Made by a program: the position numbers and the translations under genes
Notes under the pieces: generated by a model
What the model was told of the DNA's origin: nothing
The model's input: only the letters and a program-made list of their open reading frames with translations
Database searches by the model: none
Part shown: positions 1 through 9,698 of the stretch, one piece after another
Numbering within the stretch: position 1 is the first letter of the stretch
Layout of the letters: each line of letters starts with the position of its first letter
IMG/VR virus record: IMGVR_UViG_3300030012_002750
Coordinates: 516 to 64,515 of that record
DNA: 64,000 bases
Strand: one strand, 5' to 3'
DNA from: a virus
Taxonomy: Duplodnaviria > Caudoviricetes

Positions 1-2
1 GT

Positions 3-3000
3 TATAGCGGCTTAACACAAAGAGATGCTTCAAGAAGTATTCACGATGAGCGCGAAGATGACAATATGAGTTTAGGTGAAGAACCTCTCATTAACGCGCC
101 AGTTATGTTGCACCTAAAGCGATTGATTGCTAAACACCCCGAATTACAGGAAGCGCGCGATGAAGACGAAAAAGTAAATGGGAGTTTAGAAGATGCTATG
201 GCGGGTATGGATGGCATACGACCCGACATATCGGAGTTTATCGCTAAACCATACAATAAAAACCGATTTGCGCAAGAGCATGAAATCAATGGGATTCATA
301 ACTTATTTGAGAAATATATGCACCCAATAGCACCTACGATTGTAGCAGACGCTAAATTAGCCGGAAGTCAAATTCAACCTAATATCAAAAGACGGAAGCC
401 GCAACCGCGAGTAAGAGTCACAGGTCCTATGACTGATACATCTTTTGAAGATGAAATGAACCAATTAGTGCAACAACAAAAAGAAAACATGAGGTTCAAA
501 GACGATAAGAGATTCAAATATGGTGGTGAAAAACAACAGCGCGCCGCAGAAGATTACTACGACAAATTCTTTTCACAGACTGATATTGACCGTGGGCCAA
601 AAGCCCCAGCGAGTGTGTCGGTAAGAAGGCCACAAACACAAGAAACAAAGGCTTTAGAAACAAAACACAAAGATTTGATGCGAGAATTCAATCTTGATAA
701 AAAAGCCGCTTTTGCTAAGATTCAAGAGGGGTTTAACGATTTCATGATTTCATTAACAGGCAATAAGGCGTTCGGAACATCGGGGCGCGCAGGTAAATTT
801 GGTGCTGAAATAGAAGTAGGGCGAACACCCGACGCGATTACTCCGTCAATGAATGAATTAGGCAGAAGTCTTGGTATTGGTATGCAAGCACCAAACATAC
901 CGGATTTCATCGGTAAGAGGTGGAGGGAAGATGCTAACCCTTTCAGTATGAATCTTAGAGAAGAAATAACAGAACAATTATCTAATGAAACATCTAATCA
1001 AGGTTTTCACCCAACATTGTTAACTGCGATGGGCGAAGATGGTTTGTTAAGCACTTTGTATGGCGACCCAAGAGCATACACAACCGATACTGCTTTTATT
1101 AGTGGCGACCAAGAAGAAAAAGAAACACGCGCTAAAGAAGCACGCAGAAGTGAGAAAGGTGGTGCTGAAACCGAATCATCGTTGATGACACCCGAAGATG
1201 AAATACAAGTCTTGCGCGGTAAAAGAAAATTGACTCCTTCGCAAAAAATACAACAATTAGAGCGACAATTGAACATCGGTGAAATTGACGATTATGATTA
1301 CAAAATGCAAATGATGGCAATGGATTTAGACGGACGACATCTATTAGACCCGGATGCTAAATTAGGAGGTTTAACTGGTGATGATTTTGATGTCAACCAC
1401 CCATTGCATGGTAAAAACGAAGATGATTTGATTGCTTCAACAGATACATTTGTTGATGGTCTAATTGGTATGGGTCGTATAATGCGACAGTTGAGATATG
1501 AAGCATACCAACATAGTGGTGCAGAATCACCAAAAGAAAAGCAAGACATTGATGATAAAATAGCCGCTTTGAAATTAGACGCGGAGAATATTGTTGCATT
1601 TGGCAAACCCCAAGAAGAACGCACCAAAGAAGAAAATACGCGCTATAAAAAATTAGATGCTTTGATGAATGGTAAATTATCAGCATTCATTCCGAGGTTG
1701 ACATCAACAATGAGTTATCAACAAAAATTGCTGAATAATTTAGGATTAAACCCTATTGATATTGTCAACGCCGCGATAAAATATGCAAACGCAGATATGA
1801 CTACAACAGGCTACAATGAAGCATTCACATCTCTATTAGCATCACAAAGAAAAGACGGCACCCTAAACACATACCCGATAAGCCGTTTGTTAAAATATCT
1901 AAAAGATGTTGGATATAGACGCGCTTTAGATGAAGAATATCATGCACCGTTGATGGAGCAGAAAGAAAAATTCCGTAAAAACCATGAAGCGCGACAAATT
2001 ATGCAAAAGCAAAAAGTTGACATCAATGACCCCGACCACGAACACGCCGGAGATGTTGTTCATGATAGCGAAGAATGTCTTGCTTGCCACCCCGACAGAT
2101 TTGGTAATAGAACTGCGAAAGAAGCGTATGCGCGTGGAGTAAGAAAACCCGACTATAAGGGAGGGCGATTAAGAAATGTCAAAAGCCCATTCGCTCATAA
2201 ATCAGTAGTAGTGCCGTCATTGACAGGATATAGTAAAGGCGGTCAAAGTGGTATGTTGAGAGTGGTTGCACCCAAAGGTAGCCCTTCATTAGCCGCTATT
2301 GCTAATCACATATTCCCTAATAAGTATGACATTGATGATTTGTTAGAGCAAGATAAAACAGCACTTGAGCAAAAACGACATCAAAAATGGGAAAAAAAGT
2401 TGAAAGACAAGTTGAAGCGTGAAATCAAAGATGCTGTGATTACAGGAAACCCACGCGCGGCAAACATTTACAAAAAATTCGGACTAAGTAAAACTCTTGA
2501 AAATCCATTAGCGACAGGACCAGCAGGTATGTCCAATAAAGAATTAACAGCCGCGTCATTTTTCTTAAACAATGACGACGCTTATGATAAACACTATGAG
2601 AAGGTAAGGAGTAGGAATTTATTAGCGACTCGCTACAATGCAATAGAAGATGCGCTATCATTCATCAAGGAGTTGACCGAGGGTGCTTATGGTAATAAAA
2701 TAAAAGCGGGAGCATTAGCACAAGAGTCGTATAGACGCGACACATTAAAAGATATGATTTCACAACCATTAAGCGGTATAGAGAAACAACGAGGTGTTAT
2801 TGCGCGAAATGAAATTGAAAAAGCAACATACAAGAAGCAATATGCGCGCTATTTGAAAGAACAAGCGGAGTATGAAAATTTGTTGGCTGAAACCAAGATG
2901 GTGAAATATACAGATGAAGATGGCATTGAGCGCGAAAGACGCGGGAAATACGGTGAACCAGCGCAAGTAGCAATCATCAAAGATATGGGTCAAAAAATAA

Positions 3001-6000
3001 AAAAAGAACACGGTAATATGTTAGCCATTATGAAACAGGCTGATAGAAAAATTGAGAAAGCCAAGAAAAAAATAGATAGATACGAAGACAAAAGTAGCCA
3101 ATCTATTGAGCGCGCAAATAAACTTATGCTTGGTGCTTTTGTTATGGGTGGTGAAGAATTAGCAAACTTTGTTAAAAATCCTAAAGAAAGTAGCGAAAGA
3201 GAAGTTATTGAGAAAGTCTATAATAAATTATACGCGGATAGCCCTTCGGGTGAATACGATTCAATCATAACTGCTGATATGAAAGGCAACATAGGATATG
3301 ATAAAACGCACAGTTTGTCCAAATACAAAGAAGGAAGATTAGGTCAAATGGCTGGAACAGGTATAAGATTTAATATCAACAACAAAGCAATGCCGCGTAT
3401 TAATTCCCAAATGCAATTAATTGCTCATCGTATGAAAAATGGATTCCCACTTAGCGAAGAACAAATTGCGCAAGCCACCGCGATGATGGACGACGCAGAA
3501 AACGCAGATGATAGTTTTGATGATGAAGCGTTAAATGAAGCAATTGCTAATTTATCATTAGAAGAATTAGCCGATGTCAACATGTCGGAGTTAAGACATC
3601 GTCACCACGACTCAAACGAAGATGAGTTGGGGTTGCTGTCCGAAGAAGAAGCGGCGCGTAGAGAGTTGAATTCACACTTTACAAGAGAAGCAGAAGAAGC
3701 AATTGCGCGTGGTGATTTCGCCAGCGCAAATCAATTGATAAGCAATTGGCGACAGCACGCGCCAACATTGTGCGGAACATGCCATGGACATAGATTTGTG
3801 ACAAGAGATGAAGCAAAAACATACTTGCGCCATCATATACCGGAATTAAGAGATGAACCAATGGGAAGTCCGAGGTTTGATAGATACATAGCGGATAATC
3901 TGCGACCACGCGGTGCTTCTTCATTCGCGGGACACGCGATGGCTGATGATATGGAAGATGATGAACATGAACAACTCGCTTGTCCTTCTTGTAATCACAG
4001 CGCGGATTATGTTAGGGGTGGACAATTATGTAATGGTATTTGCTCCGAGTGTGGCGGTAGCGGTATTCGCGACCCCGATGATGAAGCCCACTTGTATGAA
4101 GGTTATACAGACAAAGAAGGAAATAAGATAGATGGTAAAAATCACCACTATACACACAATGGTGCTGTTGACGCGAAGTTTGATTTCCTTAACTCATTAA
4201 TGTTGCAAAGCGCGCAAGCCTCAATTGATGGTCATAAAATGCCAGCGGGTATGTTAGCACCATCAAAACCTCTATGGCAAATGTATGGGGACGCTACTGA
4301 TAGTGGACAGTTTAGAACACTTGAACAATTACGCGAAGCGCGCAAGAAGAAAGAGTTGCCGAAAATAGAAATTGACGAAGATGCCCCGGAGTTCCAAGGT
4401 GTGCCGTCGCGACAAATTGACCCCGCGATAGCAGAAGAGGTGCGTCAAAAGAAATTAGCAGAAAAACTTCTTGAGGAACCAACAAAACCTAAAGCGGAGA
4501 TAAAATTACCTACTGTTCACAACACCGCAACAGAAAAACACAATCAACTTATGCTCGGAAATCATATTGATAAATTAGCGCGAATGGCGATAGCAGGTCA
4601 AGGTAATGCTCCACAGTTCCAAAGTCAATTCAAAGGATTAACAAGCGATGGTGAAGAAATTTACGAACAGGTGCCGATAGATGTTAAACAACAAATTAAC
4701 GATTTAGTTAATGAAATAAAAACACACCCAGCATTCCTCAACGGTGATGTCCACGGCAACACAGAACATCATTTGCTTGAGCAAATACATAAATTGCAAG
4801 AATTAGCGGAAGCACCTTTTGTTGACGACCTAAGCGATGTTGAGGCTGGAAGACCAATGAAGAGAAAAGATAGAAACAAGTTAATTGCTCAAAGGAGAAG
4901 ATTGCCCGTTGATGAAAAGGGCAACATTTCTTTGACAGCCGCAGATGTGTTTGGTGGTAATTCACCTATGACATTTGGAGATTTTCAAGCACATTACCCC
5001 GCGCATGGTCGTATGTTGACTATGAAAGAAATCCGCGAAGGTGTCTTTAAGCCGGGTGCGACACACGCACCAAGCGATATAACCGATGAAGATTTGAAAA
5101 GATTATTTGCAGGTAATAGAAAAGCGCAAGGTGTAATAAAAAGACGCGAAAGAGTCAATGATTATAGCCCCGAAGCGATACAAAGTATAGTAGATGTATT
5201 TGATAAGATAAAAAGACCTATGACTCGTCGTAAGACAACAAACTTGACGAGTTCCGCGTTAAACGATTTGCTTAGAAATTATGGTGAAAAAGAAATGGTT
5301 GGTGAAATGGAAGACCATCATTTGACTTATAGCGATGAAACTATGAAAGCAATTGCTGATAGTGATATTACCAAGAGTAAAGTTAACAATCTTTTGACAT
5401 CGGCTAACGCAGATGGAAAACAACGCCCGTTGAATAGCCGATACACGATGGGTTTGAATATGGCTATACGAGAAATGTGGCAAAAATACGCTATAATGAG
5501 CGCAATGAGTGTATTTATGCGCGAAATTAATAATCCTCTTGAATTCCCTAAGATACCGCAAAGTATCAATCAAAATAACTTTCAAGATTTGACACGCGAA
5601 GATAGTGCATTGTATGAACTGATGCATGACGAAGCCGCGAAACTACTTGGGTATGATGATTACAACGAGTTTGAAAAGAAGTTTAACTTAAAGAAAACAG
5701 CACAGATTACTGGTGGAAGAGGTAATATAATTCAAGAAATTAAACCGTTAGAGTTCAAAGACAGCGTGATGGCGAATGCAAAACACAGCGATGAAGGTGA
5801 ATTCCCTATCGGTTATGAAGAATTAAAAAGAAATGAAGACGGCGAGATAGAGAGTAAGTTTGTTCCTTCTATGACATCAGCAATACTTGAGCGAGCGAGA
5901 AACTCTTTAACAACACCAGCAGACCAACAAATGTATGATGTCATGAAGAAGGTTGGTAATTATCACGAATGTCCAAATTGGTATCATCGCGACACTATAA

Positions 6001-6374
6001 ACAACTTAGTTAAAGGCCAAGAAGGTAAAGAAGATGGATTCGCTAACTTTGAAGAACTTAGACAAGCACACGCTAATAACGCTTTACCGCCGGAATTAGC
6101 AAAAGAAATTACTACATCATTTATGTTAGCATACATGTCACACCCGACATTATCACTTCAAAACCATGATGATATGCTCAAATACGAACATGCTGTAAAT
6201 GAGGGGCGAGCCGCGACACCTCCTGTGCAACCTGCACCGCAACCTGTTCAACAACCTGCACCACCTGTTCAACAACCTGTTCAACAACCTGTTCAACAAA
6301 TGGAATATCCACGCTATGAAGTCATGTTTGGTCGGCCTATAAGAAGAATAGATAGCGACGAAGATTCTCAATAA
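3..6374 (+). CDS. Giant hypothetical protein (>2120 aa, 5'-truncated), charged and helical, with a Cys/His cluster; possible internal virion protein
   Basis: The frame is open from position 3 (YSGLTQRDASRS...) into the tracked ATG at 66, so the true start is probably upstream of the window. Contains CLACH, CGTCHG, CPSC and CNGICSECGGSG motifs and a Pro/Gln-rich C-terminus. Confidence 0.85.
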   Translation, partial: YSGLTQRDASRSIHDEREDDNMSLGEEPLINAPVMLHLKRLIAKHPELQEARDEDEKVNGSLEDAMAGMDGIRPDISEFIAKPYNKNRFAQEHEINGIHNLFEKYMHPIAPTIVADAKLAGSQIQPNIKRRKPQPRVRVTGPMTDTSFEDEMNQLVQQQKENMRFKDDKRFKYGGEKQQRAAEDYYDKFFSQTDIDRGPKAPASVSVRRPQTQETKALETKHKDLMREFNLDKKAAFAKIQEGFNDFMISLTGNKAFGTSGRAGKFGAEIEVGRTPDAITPSMNELGRSLGIGMQAPNIPDFIGKRWREDANPFSMNLREEITEQLSNETSNQGFHPTLLTAMGEDGLLSTLYGDPRAYTTDTAFISGDQEEKETRAKEARRSEKGGAETESSLMTPEDEIQVLRGKRKLTPSQKIQQLERQLNIGEIDDYDYKMQMMAMDLDGRHLLDPDAKLGGLTGDDFDVNHPLHGKNEDDLIASTDTFVDGLIGMGRIMRQLRYEAYQHSGAESPKEKQDIDDKIAALKLDAENIVAFGKPQEERTKEENTRYKKLDALMNGKLSAFIPRLTSTMSYQQKLLNNLGLNPIDIVNAAIKYANADMTTTGYNEAFTSLLASQRKDGTLNTYPISRLLKYLKDVGYRRALDEEYHAPLMEQKEKFRKNHEARQIMQKQKVDINDPDHEHAGDVVHDSEECLACHPDRFGNRTAKEAYARGVRKPDYKGGRLRNVKSPFAHKSVVVPSLTGYSKGGQSGMLRVVAPKGSPSLAAIANHIFPNKYDIDDLLEQDKTALEQKRHQKWEKKLKDKLKREIKDAVITGNPRAANIYKKFGLSKTLENPLATGPAGMSNKELTAASFFLNNDDAYDKHYEKVRSRNLLATRYNAIEDALSFIKELTEGAYGNKIKAGALAQESYRRDTLKDMISQPLSGIEKQRGVIARNEIEKATYKKQYARYLKEQAEYENLLAETKMVKYTDEDGIERERRGKYGEPAQVAIIKDMGQKIKKEHGNMLAIMKQADRKIEKAKKKIDRYEDKSSQSIERANKLMLGAFVMGGEELANFVKNPKESSEREVIEKVYNKLYADSPSGEYDSIITADMKGNIGYDKTHSLSKYKEGRLGQMAGTGIRFNINNKAMPRINSQMQLIAHRMKNGFPLSEEQIAQATAMMDDAENADDSFDDEALNEAIANLSLEELADVNMSELRHRHHDSNEDELGLLSEEEAARRELNSHFTREAEEAIARGDFASANQLISNWRQHAPTLCGTCHGHRFVTRDEAKTYLRHHIPELRDEPMGSPRFDRYIADNLRPRGASSFAGHAMADDMEDDEHEQLACPSCNHSADYVRGGQLCNGICSECGGSGIRDPDDEAHLYEGYTDKEGNKIDGKNHHYTHNGAVDAKFDFLNSLMLQSAQASIDGHKMPAGMLAPSKPLWQMYGDATDSGQFRTLEQLREARKKKELPKIEIDEDAPEFQGVPSRQIDPAIAEEVRQKKLAEKLLEEPTKPKAEIKLPTVHNTATEKHNQLMLGNHIDKLARMAIAGQGNAPQFQSQFKGLTSDGEEIYEQVPIDVKQQINDLVNEIKTHPAFLNGDVHGNTEHHLLEQIHKLQELAEAPFVDDLSDVEAGRPMKRKDRNKLIAQRRRLPVDEKGNISLTAADVFGGNSPMTFGDFQAHYPAHGRMLTMKEIREGVFKPGATHAPSDITDEDLKRLFAGNRKAQGVIKRRERVNDYSPEAIQSIVDVFDKIKRPMTRRKTTNLTSSALNDLLRNYGEKEMVGEMEDHHLTYSDETMKAIADSDITKSKVNNLLTSANADGKQRPLNSRYTMGLNMAIREMWQKYAIMSAMSVFMREINNPLEFPKIPQSINQNNFQDLTREDSALYELMHDEAAKLLGYDDYNEFEKKFNLKKTAQITGGRGNIIQEIKPLEFKDSVMANAKHSDEGEFPIGYEELKRNEDGEIESKFVPSMTSAILERARNSLTTPADQQMYDVMKKVGNYHECPNWYHRDTINNLVKGQEGKEDGFANFEELRQAHANNALPPELAKEITTSFMLAYMSHPTLSLQNHDDMLKYEHAVNEGRAATPPVQPAPQPVQQPAPPVQQPVQQPVQQMEYPRYEVMFGRPIRRIDSDEDSQ
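6219..6299 (+). repeat. Imperfect 12-nt tandem repeat (CCTGTTCAACAA) encoding PVQQ/PAPQ
   Basis: Directly visible; encodes PPVQPAPQPVQQPAPPVQQPVQQPVQQ. Confidence 0.85.
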
Positions 6375-6470
6375 TATCATTTTATTATTACAAAGATAAT
6401 TAATATATTGTTATAATAATAATATTATAATATTGATAAAAAGGTGAATCAATAGACTTATTTATGGTTC
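6372..6470. promoter_or_regulatory. Very AT-rich intergenic tract with palindrome AATATTATAATATT; probable promoter/terminator region for the GTPase cassette
   Basis: The longest non-coding stretch in the window and almost only A/T; TTATTTAT near 6458-6465 precedes SD AGGAGGT and ATG 6503. Confidence 0.5.
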
Positions 6471-6502
6471 GCGCCACGCATTACGCAAGGAGGTTGGTTG
6501 TT

Positions 6503-7021
6503 ATGCAAGAGCGAACACCACAAAATAAAGACGAATTAAGAGTATTAGGGCTAATTTCATTTGTAAGCATACTTGTTGGTTGCGCTGTCGCGGTATTTGA
6601 TGCAGGGCTATGGTTGAAAGATACTTCAACCCATACAAATGCAATCACATATATGATGGGTGCATTCACATTACAGGGAATGGCCTATTTCATTTACAAA
6701 ATGTTGGCTCAAGACGGAATGGACCAACGCGCAATCATTTCAAATATGCAACGGAACATGACGCGACAAATGCAAAGCCAACAAATGCGATTTGCGCAAG
6801 CGCAAATGGATATGGAAATCAAAAAACAAGAAGTGGCATTCGCGAAACAGATGGAAGAATTAGAAAAAGACCCCGAAGTTCAACAATATCTTGGATTGAT
6901 GGGTCTTGACACCGAAGAAGATACCCCACAACATAAAGCCACAGAAAAAAAAGCAATTAAATTAGGCACTAATAAGCCACGAAACGCTGATGGCACTTAC
7001 AAAAAGATAAACAAGGGGTGA
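6503..7021 (+). CDS. Membrane protein with two predicted TM helices and a Gln/Met-rich coiled coil
   Basis: SD AGGAGGT before ATG 6503; hydrophobic VLGLISFVSILVGCAVAVF and AITYMMGAFTLQGMAYFIY followed by a helical segment. Confidence 0.8.
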   Translation: MQERTPQNKDELRVLGLISFVSILVGCAVAVFDAGLWLKDTSTHTNAITYMMGAFTLQGMAYFIYKMLAQDGMDQRAIISNMQRNMTRQMQSQQMRFAQAQMDMEIKKQEVAFAKQMEELEKDPEVQQYLGLMGLDTEEDTPQHKATEKKAIKLGTNKPRNADGTYKKINKG

Positions 7022-7026
7022 AAGTT

Positions 7027-7263
7027 ATGGGTTGGTTATTCAAAACCCCAAGCGATGATGCGACAGAAGCCACGCTACGCGCTTTACATACACAAAATAC
7101 GCTTGATACATATTATGAGCGTGGTAAAGCCTTAGTGTTGTGTATAATTGTTGGTTTTGTATCAGCATTAGGTGTGTCTTGGTTTGAGTATGGCACAGAT
7201 TTTAGCGTTTGGGAGAATACTGTTAATTGGTTCTTAGAAAAAATACGCGGCTGGGTGGGGTGA
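7027..7263 (+). CDS. Small membrane protein (one TM plus amphipathic Trp-rich C-terminal helix)
   Basis: SD GGGGTGA; ALVLCIIVGFVSALGVSWF, then VWENTVNWFLEKIRGWVG. Confidence 0.8.
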   Translation: MGWLFKTPSDDATEATLRALHTQNTLDTYYERGKALVLCIIVGFVSALGVSWFEYGTDFSVWENTVNWFLEKIRGWVG

Positions 7264-7986
7264 TTGGTTGCAACATTCGCTGGAAGCGCACTTATGGGGG
7301 CAGTTGTTTATGGTCGCGAACTATACAACTTCCTCAAACCGCGCAGAATCGGCGTTTATGGACCAACACAAGTCGGTAAGACGACACTTGACCAATTTAT
7401 GAGAACGCCGGGAGAAATGGACGATATAGAGGAAAGGACTATGCACGCTCAACGGTTATTTGGTGGTGGATATGTGCTTCCTAAAGCAAGTCGTAAGCGT
7501 ATTCGCTGGAAAGGAGAAAAAAGAGTAGTGCATTCCGCTGACATTGGCGGTCAACAGCGTTTTTGGAACCTATGGATTGATGATATGGTTGATAGACAGG
7601 TTGAAATTGCTATTTTTATGACTGATACGCGCGTTTTGAAAGGAAATGGTGCGCAAATTATTGACGCGGTGGGTGGTTTTGAGTATCTTGTTGACTCGTT
7701 GATAGAAAAAAGATGGAAATATCGCTCTTTAAAATCAAGATTGAAAGGAAAACGCTACGCTCCAAAGCAAATATGGCTTGTAGCGAACAAAGCCGATGAA
7801 TGGTGGGACGATAATGCTAACATTTTATGGCAATCTAACCGTTTGCGAGAACATAAAGTGTTTGATGCGCACCGCCCAGCCATGCGAAGACTACAAAAAG
7901 CGGGTATTCCGTGTCGTGTTAGCATGATGGCGACTAAAATTGGCTGGAATGTGGAAAAAACAATGATAGAAATGCTAAGTTGGTGA
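7264..7986 (+). CDS. Ras-superfamily small GTPase, Arf/Sar1-like
   Basis: G1 GPTQVGKT, probable G2 Thr (EERT), G3 DIGGQ followed by RFWNLW, strand IFMTD, G4 VANKAD, G5-like MATK; hydrophobic/amphipathic N-terminal extension; TTG start. Confidence 0.88.
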   Translation: MVATFAGSALMGAVVYGRELYNFLKPRRIGVYGPTQVGKTTLDQFMRTPGEMDDIEERTMHAQRLFGGGYVLPKASRKRIRWKGEKRVVHSADIGGQQRFWNLWIDDMVDRQVEIAIFMTDTRVLKGNGAQIIDAVGGFEYLVDSLIEKRWKYRSLKSRLKGKRYAPKQIWLVANKADEWWDDNANILWQSNRLREHKVFDAHRPAMRRLQKAGIPCRVSMMATKIGWNVEKTMIEMLSW

Positions 7987-7990
7987 TAAA

Positions 7991-8875
7991 ATGCTTGGAA
8001 ATACACCCCAAAATGACCTAATGCGCCTTGCCGCACAAACACAGATGAGTCTTGCACAAATGCAACAACAGGCTACCGCACAAGCCGCGATGAGCAACAT
8101 AAGTGAGCATATTGAAGTCCCACAAGTCAATTTTTACCCTTCACAACACCCAAATCCCAAAAAAGCGCGCAGAAAAGACATAAAACAAGCGTATAAACTG
8201 CTAAAACCGACAAAAAGAAGCATTTTTTCGCCGCGAAGGTGGTTATTTGGTGGAAAATACCGATATAATACCAATACAATGCGTTGTGTTATTGATGGAG
8301 CGGATATTGAACACCTTTTACGGCACGCAGGGAACATATATGAGCAGGTAATTGATGAAGAAACTGGTCAATCTTTATGGGATTTATACTTCAAAAACCC
8401 CGTTACAGGGGAGGTTGAAGCCTTTGTAGCGCGTGAAAATGTTACAAGTGGGCGTAAAATGCGCGGAACATACTGTCCCGAACACCTACATTTGTATCAT
8501 TTATTATGTAAATGGGAAAAAGAAGAAGAAAAAGAGCAAGAGGCGAACAACGGAACACTAAGAGCCAAGTTGAGAAAGGGTGTTTCAACGGTTGCTGTGC
8601 CGATAAGTAGCATAAAAAAGAAAGATAACACACCCCCTATATTATCAAAATACGAACAATTCTTTCAAATGCTAAAACAAGACAATATTCCTATCACACA
8701 TCTAACTAATGCCGCGACAGGCATGAATGATTTAGTAATGATTGTCTTTGATATGCGTCAATTTCAAGCAGGGAATAATGCAAGATTGCTATATGATGCG
8801 CTCGCTATCCATCAATCCCAGCAACAATCGGCACCTCTCCCACTACCGACAGAATCAAATGATGGGAGCGCGTGA
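7991..8875 (+). CDS. Hypothetical protein (Gln-rich N-terminus, basic/aromatic patch, Cys/His residues)
   Basis: 294-aa ORF after SD GGTGA; RCVIDG and YCPEHLHLYHLLC suggest a metal site. Confidence 0.8.
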   Translation: MLGNTPQNDLMRLAAQTQMSLAQMQQQATAQAAMSNISEHIEVPQVNFYPSQHPNPKKARRKDIKQAYKLLKPTKRSIFSPRRWLFGGKYRYNTNTMRCVIDGADIEHLLRHAGNIYEQVIDEETGQSLWDLYFKNPVTGEVEAFVARENVTSGRKMRGTYCPEHLHLYHLLCKWEKEEEKEQEANNGTLRAKLRKGVSTVAVPISSIKKKDNTPPILSKYEQFFQMLKQDNIPITHLTNAATGMNDLVMIVFDMRQFQAGNNARLLYDALAIHQSQQQSAPLPLPTESNDGSA

Positions 8876-8884
8876 GGTGGTATC

Positions 8885-9463
8885 ATGGTGTGGCCGTTCA
8901 ATAACAATAATCAACAAAATCAGCAACAAAATGGTGCTTTGAATCTTGGATTACCCGGTGGACAACAACAAGTTGCCGCGCAAGGTCAACAGCAATGGAG
9001 TCAACAACAATATGGCTTTCAATATCAAGCACCTCCGACTGAAATGGAGATACTATCAGCGATGATAACAACAAATCCAATGATAGATAAGTGGTTGTCC
9101 GACAATAATGGCTCCAATATGAATATGTTTGTATCACTTTTGAGCAGTTTAGTCGCGGTATCAGTTAATACTTTACTCAAAGATGCGCGTTTAGTTGAAG
9201 ATGGAGATGGATATAAGTTTGATTTTAGCGGAGTTCAAGGATTACCGACTGTTGATAGCGTAACTATGTCGCAAACTCAATTACTAAACAACGCATCAAA
9301 CAATGTTCAGCAAAAAAATATGCAGTTCCAACAAATGGTTCAACTCGCGAATCAAGGTGTAATGCAAAACATGTTGAACGAGGCTATGGCTGACCCCGGA
9401 TTGATGCAAAATGTCGGCGGTGGTATTGGTTCATTTGTTCGTGGAATAGCCGGAGGTAGATGA
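8885..9463 (+). CDS. Gln/Asn-rich hypothetical protein with Gly-rich amphipathic C-terminus
   Basis: SD GAGGTGG; starts MVWPFNNNNQQNQQQ and ends GGGIGSFVRGIAGGR. Confidence 0.8.
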   Translation: MVWPFNNNNQQNQQQNGALNLGLPGGQQQVAAQGQQQWSQQQYGFQYQAPPTEMEILSAMITTNPMIDKWLSDNNGSNMNMFVSLLSSLVAVSVNTLLKDARLVEDGDGYKFDFSGVQGLPTVDSVTMSQTQLLNNASNNVQQKNMQFQQMVQLANQGVMQNMLNEAMADPGLMQNVGGGIGSFVRGIAGGR

Positions 9464-9464
9464 T

Positions 9465-9698
9465 ATGGATATTGGCTCTCTTTACACCACTATTAGTGAT
9501 ATGACTAACTTGCGTAAGTCTGTTGTTGTTGATATGATTATGGTTCAACTTATTTCTTTGACACTTGGTTGTTTCTTAATTTTGGTTTTCTCCGGCCCAC
9601 AGATGTCCTCAACAGATTTAAGTTGGGTTATAGGTGCTTTATTCATCTGTTTCAGCGCAAGCGGTATTGTTTATCGTCGGCTCGGCCAACAAGGTTGA
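9465..9698 (+). CDS. Small two-TM membrane protein
   Basis: SD GGAGGT; two hydrophobic segments and a basic C-terminus (holin-like topology only). Confidence 0.75.
   Translation: MDIGSLYTTISDMTNLRKSVVVDMIMVQLISLTLGCFLILVFSGPQMSSTDLSWVIGALFICFSASGIVYRRLGQQG

Noticed and set aside
1320-1340. MDLDGR as a possible RNA polymerase DxDGD motif (virion RNAP)
   Set aside because: The third Asp is missing and I saw no other polymerase motifs here or in the 1989-aa protein.
2070-3790. Two CxxCH motifs (CLACH, CGTCH) suggesting a c-type cytochrome
   Set aside because: The protein looks cytoplasmic or virion-internal, the motifs accompany other CxxC zinc-type pairs, and no export signal or maturation genes are visible (the N-terminus is missing, so not fully excluded).
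9465-9698. Labelling the 2-TM protein (or 61729-61884) a holin
   Set aside because: Only topology supports it; there is no adjacent endolysin and no family motif I can recognise.
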